Part shown: in pieces, positions 11,531 through 24,409 of the stretch | Layout: each line of letters starts with the position of its first letter | How positions within the stretch are numbered: position 1 is the first letter of the stretch | From: Octopus sinensis | Taxonomy: Eukaryota | Length of the DNA: 64,000 bases | Reading direction: 5' to 3' | Assembly (NCBI RefSeq): GCF_006345805.1 | Contig: NC_043024.1 | Coordinates: 14,942,001 to 15,006,000 of the forward strand | Notes under the pieces: generated by a model | What the model was told of the DNA's origin: nothing | Database searches by the model: none | What the model saw: only the letters and a program-made list of their open reading frames with translations | Made by a program: the position numbers and the translations under genes

Positions 11531-11830
11531 CAGGGTGCTACGGGTAAACTGTCGCAATTTTATGTTTTTTTATTCCGCTGATGCGCCTTGTTTTTGATTT
11601 TCTCCCCAGGGGTCAGTTGGTCACTGTCTGTGTGGAAAAGAGGACCATGACGCAATTCACTCTCTTAGAATTCTGGAAATGATATGTTGTATTGGTTGGC
11701 GGCGACCTTTCGTTTTGACTCGAAAATATGTAAACAATGAATTCGTTGGTGTCCGTGACCACATATTGTCTTGTCAACTGTCAGTTGCGAAGAGAAAGCT
11801 AATGGGTTGTGCGTGGATGCTTTTCCTCTG
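11531..11830 (+). mobile_element. Left part of the Tc1/mariner deletion derivative
   Basis: TA-CAGGGTGC terminus and sequence identical in kind to 4576-4880; right end lost. Confidence 0.7.
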
Positions 11831-12880
11831 TGTGTGTGTGTGTGCTTGTTCCTCTGATCATTTCATGTTTCATGATGTGTGTGTTTATATCTTTTACTTG
11901 TTCCAGTCATTGGACTGCAACCTTCCTGCTGGCACCATCTTGAATGGTTTTTTTGTTCTTTGGCAGACACACAACTCCGAGACCAAAAACAAGAGATGGA
12001 ATCTTCTATTGCCTCAGGCCTACCAAAGTCTTGTGAATGGATTTAGTACATGGAAACTAAAAGAAGCCCATCATGTATAAATAGATATATATGTGCGTGT
12101 GTCTTTCTGTCTGGTTACCCCCACCCCACCCCAACAGCTATTGGTGTTGGCATTCCCATAGCTTAACGGTCTGGCAGAAGCGACTGGTAGAATAAGTACA
12201 GGGGTTAATTCATTCGATTAAAGATTGAAGGCGGTGCCGCAGCATGGCCACAGTGTAATGACAAACAAGTGAAAAGCAAAAGATAAAAGAACTAAATCAA
12301 TACGGTACTTTTTCTCTTGATCCTTTTTTGCCGAACCGCTAGGCGATGGTGATGTAAACAAAGCAACAACGATTGTCAAGTGGGAGACAAATGCAAACAC
12401 ACACAACGATGCTGGGTCACCACCAGTATCATCATCTATTCAGTGAAAGAGTGAGTTTGATATTGCTGCCCTTGTTATGATGTCGGTTCATCTGGGATCT
12501 TGGACAGCAGAAGTTCCAGGTGTTTCCTGAAAATATCTGCTGCAGCTACTGCAATTAGATCTCTAAGGTTTTTCTTGGCAAGATATTTAATAACTGTGGG
12601 CCTTCGAATCCCAAGATATTGCTGTATCTGGTCCTTATTCTTGACAGGATGGGTGGGACCCTTGGAACAATGCAGTGATGACCTGTTTGGGGACTGGTAC
12701 ACCTCTTGATGCCAAAGTTTAGTGCCAGCCCTTCTAGGTTTTTCCATATATATTTTCCCACATTCCCATATTTGCTTCACATGCATACGTACATACATAT
12801 ACACACACACACATATATATATATATTAGATCGTTAGCTCCTACACGCATTTTTTTCTCTCCTTGTTTTTTTTCTGTGTA

Positions 12881-12918
12881 TCTTTCTGTCGAAGAGTGTA
12901 GGCTCGAAACGTAAAAGA
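12881..12918 (+). ncRNA. Minimal type-I hammerhead motif in a Penelope-like repeat, core mutated
   Basis: TCTTT-CTGTCGA-agagt gta ggctc-GAAA-CG-TA-AAAGA: stem I pairs and stem III is the ACGT palindrome, but CUGANGA reads CUGUCGA and stem II is imperfect. Confidence 0.5.
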
Positions 12919-13015
12919 CTTTTTCTATTTCTATTCCTGAGCGCTATACTAATACATTTGTTTGTTTGTACTCCACCTGCCTTCGTCTTTTGTTTATTTT
13001 CGTAAACTTTCCCAT

Positions 13016-13047
<32 letters not shown>

Positions 13048-13615
13048 CATACATACATACATACACACACACAGCTATTTCTCCAACGACAGGCTTCATT
13101 CAGTTTCCATCTATTAAATCCACTCACATGGCTTTGATTAGGTCAGCATGGTCACATTCCAATGACTGAAACCTAGAATTCTCACTGTTTTTATCTCATC
13201 TTCTTAAGTATGCTATATATCTTATTCCGTTTCTCTTTTATTTCAGAACCTCAGATGACATTGACAGGAGAGAATATTTCACTTTGGTATCCTGGAAGAT
13301 AGTATTCAGAACAGACAGAACGGATGCATGGATTTACAGAAATCTTTGAGGAATTCTATTGAAATTTCTTTTGTAAAAAAAATTTCTCAAATGTCACTGT
13401 TTGGAATGTGTGCAAGACTTTTGGATTTCAATTAAAGTTGAATGAATTTGCAGCATCTTTAGATATCAACAAAGATCACTGCAGTTGAAATATAGGTATT
13501 AAAATATTTATGATTAAACTATAAATACAACTGTATATATATAGTTGTGATAGAGGAGAAATTATTTAAAAATTATGTGAGAAAGTGAAAGGATTGAGTT
13601 TATTTTCCTCAAGAG

Positions 13616-14275
13616 ATGGCAGAAGGGACAGGGAAATCAACAGACAGTAGTGATATCTGTGAAAAGTCATCCTCTCAAAAATGTAACATCTTGACTCCCA
13701 AACGAACTCCCAAAGAAGCAAAGCCACATCACTGTGATATTTGTGGTAAAACCTTCTCTCAAAGGAATCTCTTAATTAGACACATACGTGTGCATACAGG
13801 TGAGAAACCATATCACTGTGATGATTGTGGTAAATCATTCTCAGAAGGGAGTCACTTGACAGCTCACAAACGTACACATACAGGAGAAAAGCTATATCTT
13901 TGTGATATCTGTGGCAAAACATTCTATCAAAAATCTCACTTAACTGAACACAAGTACTTTCATACAGGAGAGAAGCCATTTCACTGTGATTTGTGTGATA
14001 AATCATTCTCTCGTAAAAGCCACTTGACCACTCATAAGAACATTCATGCGGGACAAAAACCATATCATTGTGATGTCTGTGGTAAATCTTTCTCAGAAGG
14101 AAGTACCTTAACTAAACATAAACGTAGCCATTCAGGAATCAAACCTTTTAAATGTGATATCTGTGGTAAATCATTCTCTCAGGTAGGTAGCTTAAACAGA
14201 CACAAACTCATTCATACAGGAGACAATCCATATCATTGTGACACCTGTGGCAAATCATTGTCTGTTGTAACTTAA
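13616..14275 (+). CDS. C2H2 zinc-finger protein, 6 fingers plus truncated 7th (copy 3)
   Basis: 219-aa ORF; acceptor tttcag|aacc at 13246/13247. Confidence 0.9.
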   Translation: MAEGTGKSTDSSDICEKSSSQKCNILTPKRTPKEAKPHHCDICGKTFSQRNLLIRHIRVHTGEKPYHCDDCGKSFSEGSHLTAHKRTHTGEKLYLCDICGKTFYQKSHLTEHKYFHTGEKPFHCDLCDKSFSRKSHLTTHKNIHAGQKPYHCDVCGKSFSEGSTLTKHKRSHSGIKPFKCDICGKSFSQVGSLNRHKLIHTGDNPYHCDTCGKSLSVVT

Positions 14276-14845
14276 CTGGACACCTGTGTATTTGATCAAT
14301 TATTTTCTGAAGGGAAGTGCCTTGAATAATCACATGTACACTCAGAGAAGAGAATGTAACCCTATCCATGGTAAAGTATTCTCTCAAAGCAGCCACTTAG
14401 CTACACCTGTATATATTCATACAGAAGATTTACCATATAATGTCAAAAATCTTTCCATAAATCTCATGTTATATAACCATCGGTGTATTTGTTTGACAAA
14501 GAAGATATAGCAATCTTCAGACACTTTGTATAACCATATCTATGTCCACTTTAATGCAATAAATTATAACTGATATTTTTAATAAATCATTCTTTCAGAA
14601 TATTCATATATATTCCTTCTAATGTATAGTCTGTGTGGTTGTGAAGCTTGCCTGCTAACCATGTGGTCTCAAGTTCAGTTCCACTGCACAACATTATGGA
14701 AATATGTTTTCTATTCTGGTCTCAGGCTGACCAAAGCCTTGTGAGTGGATTTGGTAGACGGAAACTGGAAGAGTCTCAATATATATGTGTGTGTGTGTTT
14801 GCGTGTACCCTTGTTTTGATATTACCATCATACAAGCAGTGTTGA

Positions 14846-15125
14846 AGAGAGCAGGGCCAATTGAAGTGAAATAGTTCTGTCATAGTGTTGTGATATGACA
14901 CAAACATTTCTGTAGTGGACGGATGGCACGGGGGCCAAGCCTCGGACGAATTTTAAAGAGGGGCAATGTTGATGGAATATTTTCCACATCTTACAGATGA
15001 TATAGAGCTCACAGCGGTGGTAGAGGGAGCAAAGCCTGAGCTTTTTTAGTTGATCCCAATAGTCAAGGCTTGTCATCTTGTCATCCTCCGCAGACCTCTG
15101 CTAAGCAACTCATTTTAAGATAAAT
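14846..15125 (-). mobile_element. LINE RT C-terminal fragment
   Basis: LDYWDQLKKLRLCSLYHRCELYIICKMWKI resembles the YWERLK.L.LYSL.RRRERY.II..WKI tail of non-LTR RTs; coincides with the end of tandem-unit homology. Confidence 0.55.
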
Positions 15126-15259
15126 ATGCAAGTAAAATTACTAATAGAGAAACGGAAATAAACTTTGGAAACAGCAACGCCACCATAGCTTATGTGGAAA
15201 CGATGAACATGTTTTCATGGGAGATAATCAAAGAACGTAATGTAATACTTCATGTAAAA

Positions 15260-15710
15260 TAAATATAACAAATGAAAATTCCTTCAAAAATCCATAAAAA
15301 TTCCCGAATCACTACCAAAATTTCATCATCTGTTTCTTTACCAACATTTCCTGCAAGTTTCATCAAATACCGTTCACAACTTTTTTGAGTTATTTTGCAC
15401 ACAGTCGGACAAACCAACGCCGATGAAAACATAACCTCCTTCCTTGGCGGAGGTAATAAACTCAACTGCTCTCACAAACAAGAATACTAAAAATGAACCC
15501 AACTGCTCTCAGACAGGAATAATAATCCAAAATCCTTGTCCAGTACCGGATTGACCCCAAAATCTAATCAGTTTATGCCAGTCACAAAGTCAAACCTCCC
15601 TGAAAGTTTCATCCAAATCCATTCAGCGGTTCTTGAGATATCTTGTCCACGGCCAAACAAACAAACATGACTGAAAACAATGCCTTTGCTAAAGCGGAGG
15701 TAATAATATA
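15260..15710 (+). mobile_element. Two tandem short non-autonomous repeats ending GGCGGAGGTAATAA (family unassigned)
   Basis: Both carry aa(g)tttcat..aaat..ttcac/agc, acaaac and gaaaac.. motifs and end in gcggaggtaataa (near 15458 and 15705). Confidence 0.4.
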
Positions 15711-15732
15711 ATAATTTGAAAAACAAAATGTT

Positions 15733-16104
15733 TGGCCATGTGGTAAGTAGCTTGTCTACCAACCACATGGTTCCGGGTTCAGTCCCACTGCGTGGCACCT
15801 TGGGCAAGTGTCTTCCACTATAGCCTTGTGAGTGGATTTGGTAGACGGAAACTGAAAGAAGCCCGTCGTATATATGTATATATATATATATATGTGTGTT
15901 TGTGTGTCTGTGTTTGTCTCCTAGCATTGCTTGACAACCGATGCTGGTGTGTTTATGTCCCCGTTACTTAGCGGTTCGGCAAAAAAAAAGACCGATAGAA
16001 TAAGTACTGGGCTTACAAAAAATAAGTCCCGGGGTCGAGTTGCTCGATTAAAGGCGGTGCTCCAGCATGGCCGCAGTCAAATGACTGAAACAAGTAAAAG
16101 AGAG
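15733..16104 (+). mobile_element. tRNA-derived SINE family A (OK-like)
   Basis: tRNA-like head (tgtggtaagtagcttg..ggttcagtcc), internal microsatellite, gtaaaagag tail; at least ten copies in the window. Confidence 0.85.
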
Positions 16105-16530
16105 TATATATTTTTTTGAAAATATATTAATTTTAATATTGATAAAAAATAATAAATCTCCCCTTCGTAAATATATAAGGACACAGGAAATGTGGCAAGG
16201 CCGACAGGAAGCGTCGATGCTTCCTAGGGCTAAACAGCGGTGGTGTAATTCCTTTACTGTCACGTTAAGTTGACAGTATACAACCACCCAATAAATCTTT
16301 AATTTACTACCAAGGTACCGAAAATTTGGGGAGAGATTTGAGTAGGATAATCTGAAATCAGAGTGGGTTGCATGAAGGCGATTTTATCCTGTTACCTAGT
16401 AATCTGGACGGTATTTGAACTTACCGGGTAACTAAGTTGTATGAGCTAATGTGAAATTGCTAGACCTGATAAATGTTGAAACTAGAGTTAGAGTTATTTC
16501 CCCTGTTAAATATTGTTTTTTTTTTTTTTT

Positions 16531-16897
16531 TGCCCACAAGGGGCTAAACACAGAGGGGACAAACAAGGACAGACAAAGGGATTAAGTCGATTACATCGAC
16601 CCCAGTGCGTAACTGGTACTTAATTTGTCGACCCCAAAAGGTTGAAAGGCAAAATCAACCCCGGCGGAATTTGAACTCAGAACGTAACGGCAGACAAAAC
16701 ACCTCTTTTTTCATTACCCACAAGGGGCTAAACACAGAGAGGACAGACAAACGGATTAAGTCGATTATATCGACCCAGTGCGTAACTGGTACTTATTTAA
16801 TCGTCCCTGAAAAGATGAAAGGCAAAGTTGACCTCAGCGGAATTTGAACTCACAACGTAACGCAGACGAAATACCACTAAGCATTTCGCCCGGCGTT
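16531..16897 (-). mobile_element. Two tandem SINE family B copies
   Basis: Both match the gagttcaaattcc..gtcgataaattaagtaccagttacgcactggggtcg family. Confidence 0.8.
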
Positions 16898-17867
16898 ATT
16901 TCTTGCTATTGTTTCGTGCGCATATTTATTACTTGATCAGTTCTACTTAAGAACTGATGTTTAAGGGAAAACCCAATTAAATATACATAATTGGTAATTA
17001 ATGGAGTGGAGTAATATGTAAATTACAGAGCATATTCAACACTGGTTCGTACAGTTGTAGAGTGATTACTTGAACATATTTCGAGATTTTTTTTTTTGAC
17101 TGGATCTTAGTATTATCTCTACGCTCTGAGTTCAAATTCCACCAAGGTTGACTTTATCTTTTATCCGTTCGGGGTCGATAAAATAAGCACCAGTTGAACA
17201 CTGGAGTCGATGTAATCGACTCATCCCGCTCCCTGCAAAAATTGATGCACTTGTGGCAAAATTTGAAACCATTATTAATATAAATACACGCACACGCAAG
17301 AAGACATTAGGATCTAGTCTTTCTCATCTGCAAAATGAGCCATCCCCACTAAATTTTGCTCAGATTGCTTTCAGTTTTGGTGTATCGATGCAACTCTGAA
17401 TTTTGATTATGATCAACCAATTACTTTATCTTGTAAATTAAAGAATCTGATGTTATTTGGCATTAAAGTTAGGAAATTTGGATAATTTTAGCCCATCAAC
17501 AGACCGGAATTAGCAGCTTGTTACCATGACAACCATGTTGTGGTTCACTGTTGTCTATGTCAACTTTTCACACTTGATTCTTCACACCACGAGATTCTTT
17601 TCACTCGTGTGTTTTGTTTTAATTTTTCTAAATTAGTATATTACATATTTTTCTGTGTTAGTGTTTTAAATACTAAGTTGGCCCCCGACTTGGTTGGCTA
17701 TCTACAACTGTTTATATAGAGCACAAACTTGCACAAAGTACAGACGTCTGCATGTTGTTTAATATACATCTCAGGAAAAACAGCCTTCTTATATTCAATA
17801 TGGTAGTGACAGGATGTTGTCTCAGTTTTAGACGCAGCAAATGATTTTGGCTCAAAAGAGAGCATAG

Positions 17868-18051
17868 GATTGGTTAAAATTGCCGAAATGCTCGGATTTT
17901 AAGACGTAATATGTTACAAGCTATAGAATTTTCTCAATAAAACCAAGAGAAAATGATGTTTTATAAACACATTCTACCAGTATACGAAGTTTAAAAGTGT
18001 TTAGTTAACTAGAAATTGTGTTGACATCTGCCGTTCAAAAGGAAAAGATCC
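17868..18051 (+). repeat. End fragment of the ..AAAGGAAAAGATCC repeat family
   Basis: Matches the right arm of 57055-57625 and 25770-25841. Confidence 0.7.
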
Positions 18052-18166
18052 TAATTTTTTTACATAGAGTAAATAAAACTACCTAGTGCGGATGCGCGAG
18101 TACACGCACCGAGGCCACTCTTCTTAAGTAGTACCCAGACACATTATATGAGGTAGTTAAAGGCAA

Positions 18167-19140
18167 TCCTTCGGTATGAGTACACACGTGACCTTGTTTA
18201 CATTTCTGAAGATAAGAGAAACCCTTTTCTCCCACCCCTAACCCTAACCGCCCATATAAAAAAAAAACACTTTCTTGAAATGTATCCGGTACTTTTACCG
18301 ATGTTACGCCAAAATATATATTAATTACGTATTAAGATGAAAGATATATGAATCAGATTTGATGTACCTTGGATGTTGGGCACCCTAACCATCCTAGGCA
18401 GTCACAGAATGGCACATAGCTTCTCCAAAGACCTTCCATTGTGAATATAATGTTGACAAACAAACAAAAGCAGTAGAGCTGACCAGCAGAAAGTGTTTGG
18501 AGAAGCTATATGCCATTTTGTAACTGCCTAGGATGGTTAGGGTGCCCAACATCCAAGGTACATCAAATCTGATTCATATATCCTTCATCTTAATACATAA
18601 CACAGGAGTGGCTGTGTGGTAAGTAGCTTGTCTACCAACCACATGGTTCCGGGTTCTGTCCCACTGCGTGGCACCTTGGGCAGGTGTCTTCTACAGCCTC
18701 GGGCCGACCAATGCCTTGTGAGTGGATTTTGTAGACAGAACCTGAAAGAAGCCCGTCGTATATATGTAATATATAAATATACATGTCTGTGTTTGTCCCC
18801 TAGCATTGCTTGACAACTGATGCTGGTGCGTTTATGTCCCCGTTACTTAGTGGTTCAGCAAAAGAGACCGATAGAATAAGTACTGGACTTACAAAAGAGT
18901 AAGTCCCGGGGTCGAGTTGCTTGATTAAAGGCGGTGCTCCAGCATGGCCGCAGTCAAATGACTGAAAGAAGTAAAAGAGAGTAATTAATATATATTTTGG
19001 TGTAACTTCGGTATAAGTACCAGATACATTTCAAGAAAGTGTTTTTTTTTTTTTATGGGGAGTTAGGGGTGGGAGAAAAGGATTTCTCTTATCTTCAGAA
19101 ATGTAAACAAAGTCACGTGTGTACTCATACCGAAGGATCG
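18167..19140. repeat. Fold-back of a ZNF first-exon-like module, right arm interrupted by a SINE
   Basis: 18167-18435 is the reverse complement of 18490-18597 plus 18982-19140; SINE A at 18603-18981 splits the right arm. Confidence 0.8.
18603..18981 (+). mobile_element. SINE family A
   Basis: Full head-to-tail match to 15733-16104. Confidence 0.85.
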
Positions 19141-19366
19141 CCAGAACGGCTTACACACACGTATTTATTTCTGTCATTAGACGGCGGTCATGCTGGAACA
19201 CCAGCTCGAAGTGTTACTATTGAATGAACCGACCGCAAGACTTATTCTTTGTAAGCGTAGCAGTTATTCTATCGGTTAGTTTTTCCGAACCGCTAAGTTA
19301 CGGGGACGTTAACACACCAACATGGGTTGTCAAGTGATGGTGTCTCTCTCTCACTCACACACACAC

Positions 19367-19426
<60 letters not shown>

Positions 19427-19529
19427 GGCGGGCTTCATTCAGTTTGTCTATTAAATCCACTCACAAGATATGAATATGCACATACACATACATGTGTGTG
19501 TGTATTATATATATATGTATGTATGTGGG

Positions 19530-19995
19530 GACAGCCACGTTTCAGAAATCTCGAGTTGCACATGAGAAAGTAAGGAGGGATGTCAGGAAGGGCATCGCTG
19601 TTACACTTCCAGAAGGGAAGGGTCTTCCTTTGATGCTGACATGCAATGTCTGTGCAAGACCCTGCCTCAGCAAAGCTGGACTCAAGAGTCATCTTCGTAG
19701 TCATAAAACGAGACTGATGAGTGACAACCTGGCCACTGGTGGTGGTGTAACACACCATACTAATCATATCTGTCGGACATGTGGAAGAGAGTGTAATTCG
19801 ACAGGAGGACTTAAACGACATGCAAAGGTATATGAAGCCCAGTTACAACTACAGCCGGTAAAGGTTTTAGCTGCCAATTCTGTACAAGACATTGTAGATC
19901 TTTAGCTGGGCTAAAAAGTCACATTCGATCACAGCACCAGTAACAGTTAAGCTTCGTGCAATGGCCATACTCGATAACGAGGGGGCAGCCATAAT
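19530..19995 (+). mobile_element. 3' end of an RTE-type LINE carrying two C-terminal C2H2-like fingers
   Basis: CNVCARPCLSKAGLKSHLRSH and CRTCGRECNSTGGLKRHAKVY, no TGEKP linker, followed by gagggggcagcc and a (TATG)n tail. Confidence 0.5.
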
Positions 19996-20084
19996 GTATG
20001 TATGTATATATATATAAAGATAGATTGATAGATACAATTGAGTGGGTAAACAAAAATATGAGACACTGCTTTGAAGAATTTTAT

Positions 20085-20415
20085 CGAATGAATTGAACCC
20101 AAGGCTTTTTTTTTATTCTGGTAAAGCTGATACCTATTCTATCAGTTTCTTTGTCAAACCAGTAAGTTATGGGGATGTAAATAAACCAACAGCAGTTGTC
20201 AAGCAGTGATGAGGGAGAAACACAGAGAAAAAGACATACACTTACATATATATACGATTGATTTCTTTCAGCTTCTGTCTACGAAATCCATTCACAGGGC
20301 TTTGGTTGGTCTGAGGTTGTAGCAGAAGACACATGCCAAGTTACCACACAGTGGGACTGAACTCAGGACGATGTGTTTTGGAACGACATTTCTTACCACA
20401 CAGCCATACCTGCAA
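20085..20415 (-). mobile_element. Degenerate SINE family A
   Basis: Reverse-complement match to the SINE A body and head. Confidence 0.7.
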
Positions 20416-20667
20416 CTATATGTATATAGGTGTGTGTGTGTGTATTTGCATGTATAAATATATGTTTGCATGTATATATGTGTACATATTACATATACAT
20501 CTATATGTATATACATACATATGTACACATATCTATCTATCTATCTATATATATATATATATATACCTATGCAGATGTATATACATATATATGTATGCCT
20601 GTATATATGTGAGATAATAGTTTCAGTATTAATAGTGAAACTATTAAAGTGAAAGTATCTGACGTTA

Positions 20668-23345
20668 GAAAAGAGAGATGTTATTGTTTCATTTTTGACA
20701 CGTAATACTGAAATAGTGGAGGATATAAGAGACCACGCCAGGCTCGCATTTTTTTGGACCCTGGCACTACATGGACCCTAAGTAAGGCATGTGTAAAATT
20801 TGAATGAAATCGGTTGTGTAGTTCTCGAGTTTTAGGGATTCACACAGACATTCTCATCTTTATATATACAGATTGTTAGGAATAAATATTATTGTTTAAA
20901 ATTTAAGATAATGACTGTAAGGAAATCTACAAAAGGGCCTTGATAAATTGGTGCCCCTGTTCATCTGCCACTCAAGTCTGCAGGGTACAAGCAGAGATAT
21001 TGTCATCAAATTAATCAAGATCAGTCTAAGCTTGATTATTCTGTCCCACATCAACTATCACAATCACTTCATATACCATTTTTTTCTGCCAACAGCATAT
21101 CCCCAACACATCATTACAATCCACCCAGATGAAATTATACCGTTTTAACTTGCTTCTAATGTGTACTGGGAGGATAGAATGAAGGCAAGTAGATGTGAGT
21201 TACATGCAAGAAATAAGACAGAAGGGAACCTCAATTAGATAACAGATGTATATCTTATTTGATGATGAAATATTTTCTTTCGTGATTTGTACAATTGTTT
21301 GAAATGTTAAAAAGTGATGTTCTCATTTTCAATGGCAATACATTTCTCAGCTTTTTATCTGCAATAAAATTTCCCTTCTGAAAATATATTACATGGAATC
21401 ATGTTTGTTCATCATTTTAACATCCATTTTTCTATACTTTGCATGCATCAGATGGAGTTTTGATGAAGATTTTCTACAGCAGTATGCCTTTCTTGTTGTC
21501 ATTCCCAAGTAAGGTAATAATTCCTCATGGCCACACATTTGGAAATAACTGTGAGGGTAATATCGAGACAAGGGTACATGCAAACACACACATATATATA
21601 TGATGAGATTCTTACAGTTTCCATCTACCAAATCCACTCACAAGGCTTTGGTCAGGCTGAGGCCAGAAAACAAAAAAATCACTTGTACTGTACAATGGGA
21701 CTGAACTTGAGACCACATGGTGAGCAGGCAAGCTTCACAACCACACAGACTATACATTAGAAAGGAATATATATGAATATTCTGAAAGAATGATTTATTA
21801 AAAATATAAGTTATAATTTATAGCATTAAAGTGGACATAAATATGGTTATACAAAGTGTCTGAAGATTGCTATATCTTCTTTGTCAAACAAATACACAGA
21901 TGGTTATATAACATAAAATTTATGGAAAGATTTTTGACATTATATGGTTAATCTTCTGTATGAATATATACAGGTGTAGCTAAGTGGCTGCTTTGAGAGA
22001 ATACTTTACCATGGATGGGGATACATTCATGATATTCTCTTCTCTCTGAGTAGATTATTCAAGATATTGAATAATCATGTGGATTATTCAAGATACTTCC
22101 GTTCAAAATATGATTCATCAGGTATTGATGAATACACCTGTGTCCAGTCATGTTACTATAGATAATGATTTGCCACAGGTGTCACAATGATATGGATTGT
22201 CTCCCATATGAATGAGTTGGTGCCTGTTTAAGTGACTTGCTAAAGAGAATGATTTACCACAGATATCACATTTAAAAGGTTTGATTCCTGAATGGCTACG
22301 TTTATGTTTAGTTAAGGTACTTCCTTCTGAGAAAGATTTACCACAGACATCACAGTGATATGGCTTTTTTCCTGTATGAATGTTCTGATGTGCAGTCAAG
22401 TGGCTTTTACGAGAGAATGATTTATCACAGACATCACAGTGAAATGGCTTCTCTCCTGTATGAAAGTACTTGTGTTCAGTTAAGTGACATTTTTGATAGA
22501 ATGTTTTGCCACAAATATCACAGAGGTATGGTTTTTCTCCAGTATGTGTACGTTTGTGAGTTGTCAAGTGACTTCTTTCAGAGAATGATTTATCACAGAC
22601 ATCACAATGATATGGCTTTTCACCTGTATGCACGCGTTTGTGTCTAATTAAGAGATTATTTTGAGAAAAGATTTTACCACAAACATCACAGTGATGAAGC
22701 TTTGCTTCTTTGGGAGTTCGTCTGGGAGTCAAGATGTTACGTTTTCGAGAGGATGACTTTTCACAGATATCACTACTGTCTGTTGATTTCCCTGTCTCTT
22801 CTGCCATCTCTTGAGGAAAATAAACTCAATCCTTTTTCACTTTCTCACATAATTCGTTTTTAAATAATTTAATAATTTCTCCTCTCCCACAACTATAAAT
22901 ATACAGTTGTACTTAGAGTTTAATCATACATATTTTAACACCTATATTCCCATCAACAGTGATCTTTGTTGATATCTAAAGATGCTGCAAATTCATTCAA
23001 CTTTAATTGGAATCCAAAAATCTTGCACACATTCCAAACAATGACTTTTCAGAAATTTTGTTTGCAAAATAAATTTCAATAGAATTCCTCAAAGATTTCT
23101 GTAAATCCATGCATCCGTTCTGAATACTATCTTCCAGGATACTGAAGTGGAATATTCTCTCCTGTCAATGTCATCTGAGGTTCTGAAATAAAAGAGAAAC
23201 GGAATAAGATATATAGCATACTTAAGAAGATGAGATAAAAACAGTGAGAATTCTAGGTTTCAGTCATTGGAATGTGGCCATGCTGACCTAATCAAAGCCA
23301 TGTGAGTGGATTTAATAGATAGAAACTGAATGAAGTGTGTCAAAT
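20668..23345 (-). repeat. Inverted segmental duplication partner of ~36600-39082
   Basis: The ZNF exon and ~1.5 kb of 3' flank are colinear in reverse complement (for example 20948-21148 vs 38605-38805 encode near-identical spurious peptides). Confidence 0.85.
22148..22807 (-). CDS. C2H2 zinc-finger protein, 6 fingers plus truncated 7th (copy 4)
   Basis: 219-aa ORF; minus-strand acceptor with exon starting at 23182. Confidence 0.9.
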   Translation of the reverse strand: MAEETGKSTDSSDICEKSSSRKRNILTPRRTPKEAKLHHCDVCGKIFSQNNLLIRHKRVHTGEKPYHCDVCDKSFSERSHLTTHKRTHTGEKPYLCDICGKTFYQKCHLTEHKYFHTGEKPFHCDVCDKSFSRKSHLTAHQNIHTGKKPYHCDVCGKSFSEGSTLTKHKRSHSGIKPFKCDICGKSFSLASHLNRHQLIHMGDNPYHCDTCGKSLSIVT

Positions 23346-24208
23346 AGCTGTGTGTGCATATATATATAAGTGTTTGTGTAGAGCAAAGATGGGAATTTTG
23401 GGAAAATATATATGGAAAATCCTAGAAGGGCTGGCACTAAACTTTGGCATCAAGAGTTGTACCAGCCCCCAAACAGGTCATCATTGCATTGTTCCAAGGG
23501 TCCCACCCATCCTGTCAAGAATAAGGACCAGATACAGCAGTACCTTGGGATTTGAAGGTCCCCAGTTATTAAATATCTTGCCAAGAAAAACCTTAGAGAA
23601 TTACATGCAATAGCTGCAGCAGATATTTTCAAGAAACACCTTGAGCTTCTGCAGTCCAAGATCCCAGATGAAGCTACATCATGACAAGGAACACAAACAA
23701 GGGCTACAAAATCAAACTCACCCTTTCACTAAATAGGTGAGGATACTGGTGGTGACCCAGCATGGTTGTGTGTTTCTATTTGTCTCCCACTTGACAATCA
23801 TTGTTGCTTTGTTTACATCACTGTAGCCTAGTGGTTCAGCAAACAAGGACCAAGAGAATAAGTACCAAGTTGATTTAGTTCTGTTAATCTTTTGCTTATC
23901 ACTTCTTTGTCATTAGACTGCAGCCATGCTAGGGCACCACCTTCAATCTTTTTTTTGGCTCGGGTCAAACACTATAGTTTAGAGGTCATGTTTTGATGAT
24001 GTGAATTTTCCGAGGCCTCTCCCCCACCCTGTTCACGAGTGCGCGTTCTTTTTTTTGTTTTTTTCATATTCGTTTAGAGCAAGTTGTTTTACACCTATTA
24101 CACTATTTTTCTTTTGTTTCTTGGCTCTGGTGAGGTGACTCGGAACATTCACGATGTGAATTTTCGGAGGCCTCTCATCTACGTTTCTTTTTTCATATTC
24201 CTTTAGAG

Positions 24209-24409
24209 CAGTGGTTTTCAACCGGGGTTCTGCCAGTACAGTCCAGGGATTCCGTAAGAAGTTACAAAACTGCTAAAATCGGCAGTAATTTTTAATTCTT
24301 CTCTGCAGATATGTGTGCATAAGACTATTAAATTATTGCACAAGGGTTCCTCGAGCCAGTGGAATGTTTCCTTTGGGTTCTGCTCCAGGAAAAAGTTTGA
24401 AAAGCACTG
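24209..24409. mobile_element. hAT-type MITE with 8-bp TSD CTTTAGAG
   Basis: CAGTGGTTTTCAA ... TTGAAAAGCACTG termini; CTTTAGAG at 24201-24208 and 24410-24417. Confidence 0.9.

Larger units (their letters stand above)
1..14845 (+). repeat. Tandem segmental duplication, ~7.1-kb unit (ZNF 3' end, ORF1-only element, promoter, intron, ZNF exon)
   Basis: The same anchor (tat[gc]attgtgacacctgt) starts at 1, 7130 and 14231 (periods 7129 and 7101). Flanks are colinear; homology of the third unit stops near 14845. Confidence 0.9.

Noticed and set aside
15733-15810. tRNA genes at SINE heads (families A and C)
   Set aside because: They continue into SINE bodies and lack a complete cloverleaf; tRNA-derived, not tRNAs.
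18232-18250. Telomere-like CCCTAA repeats (also near 25985-26006)
   Set aside because: Only about two units, embedded in a dispersed repeat.
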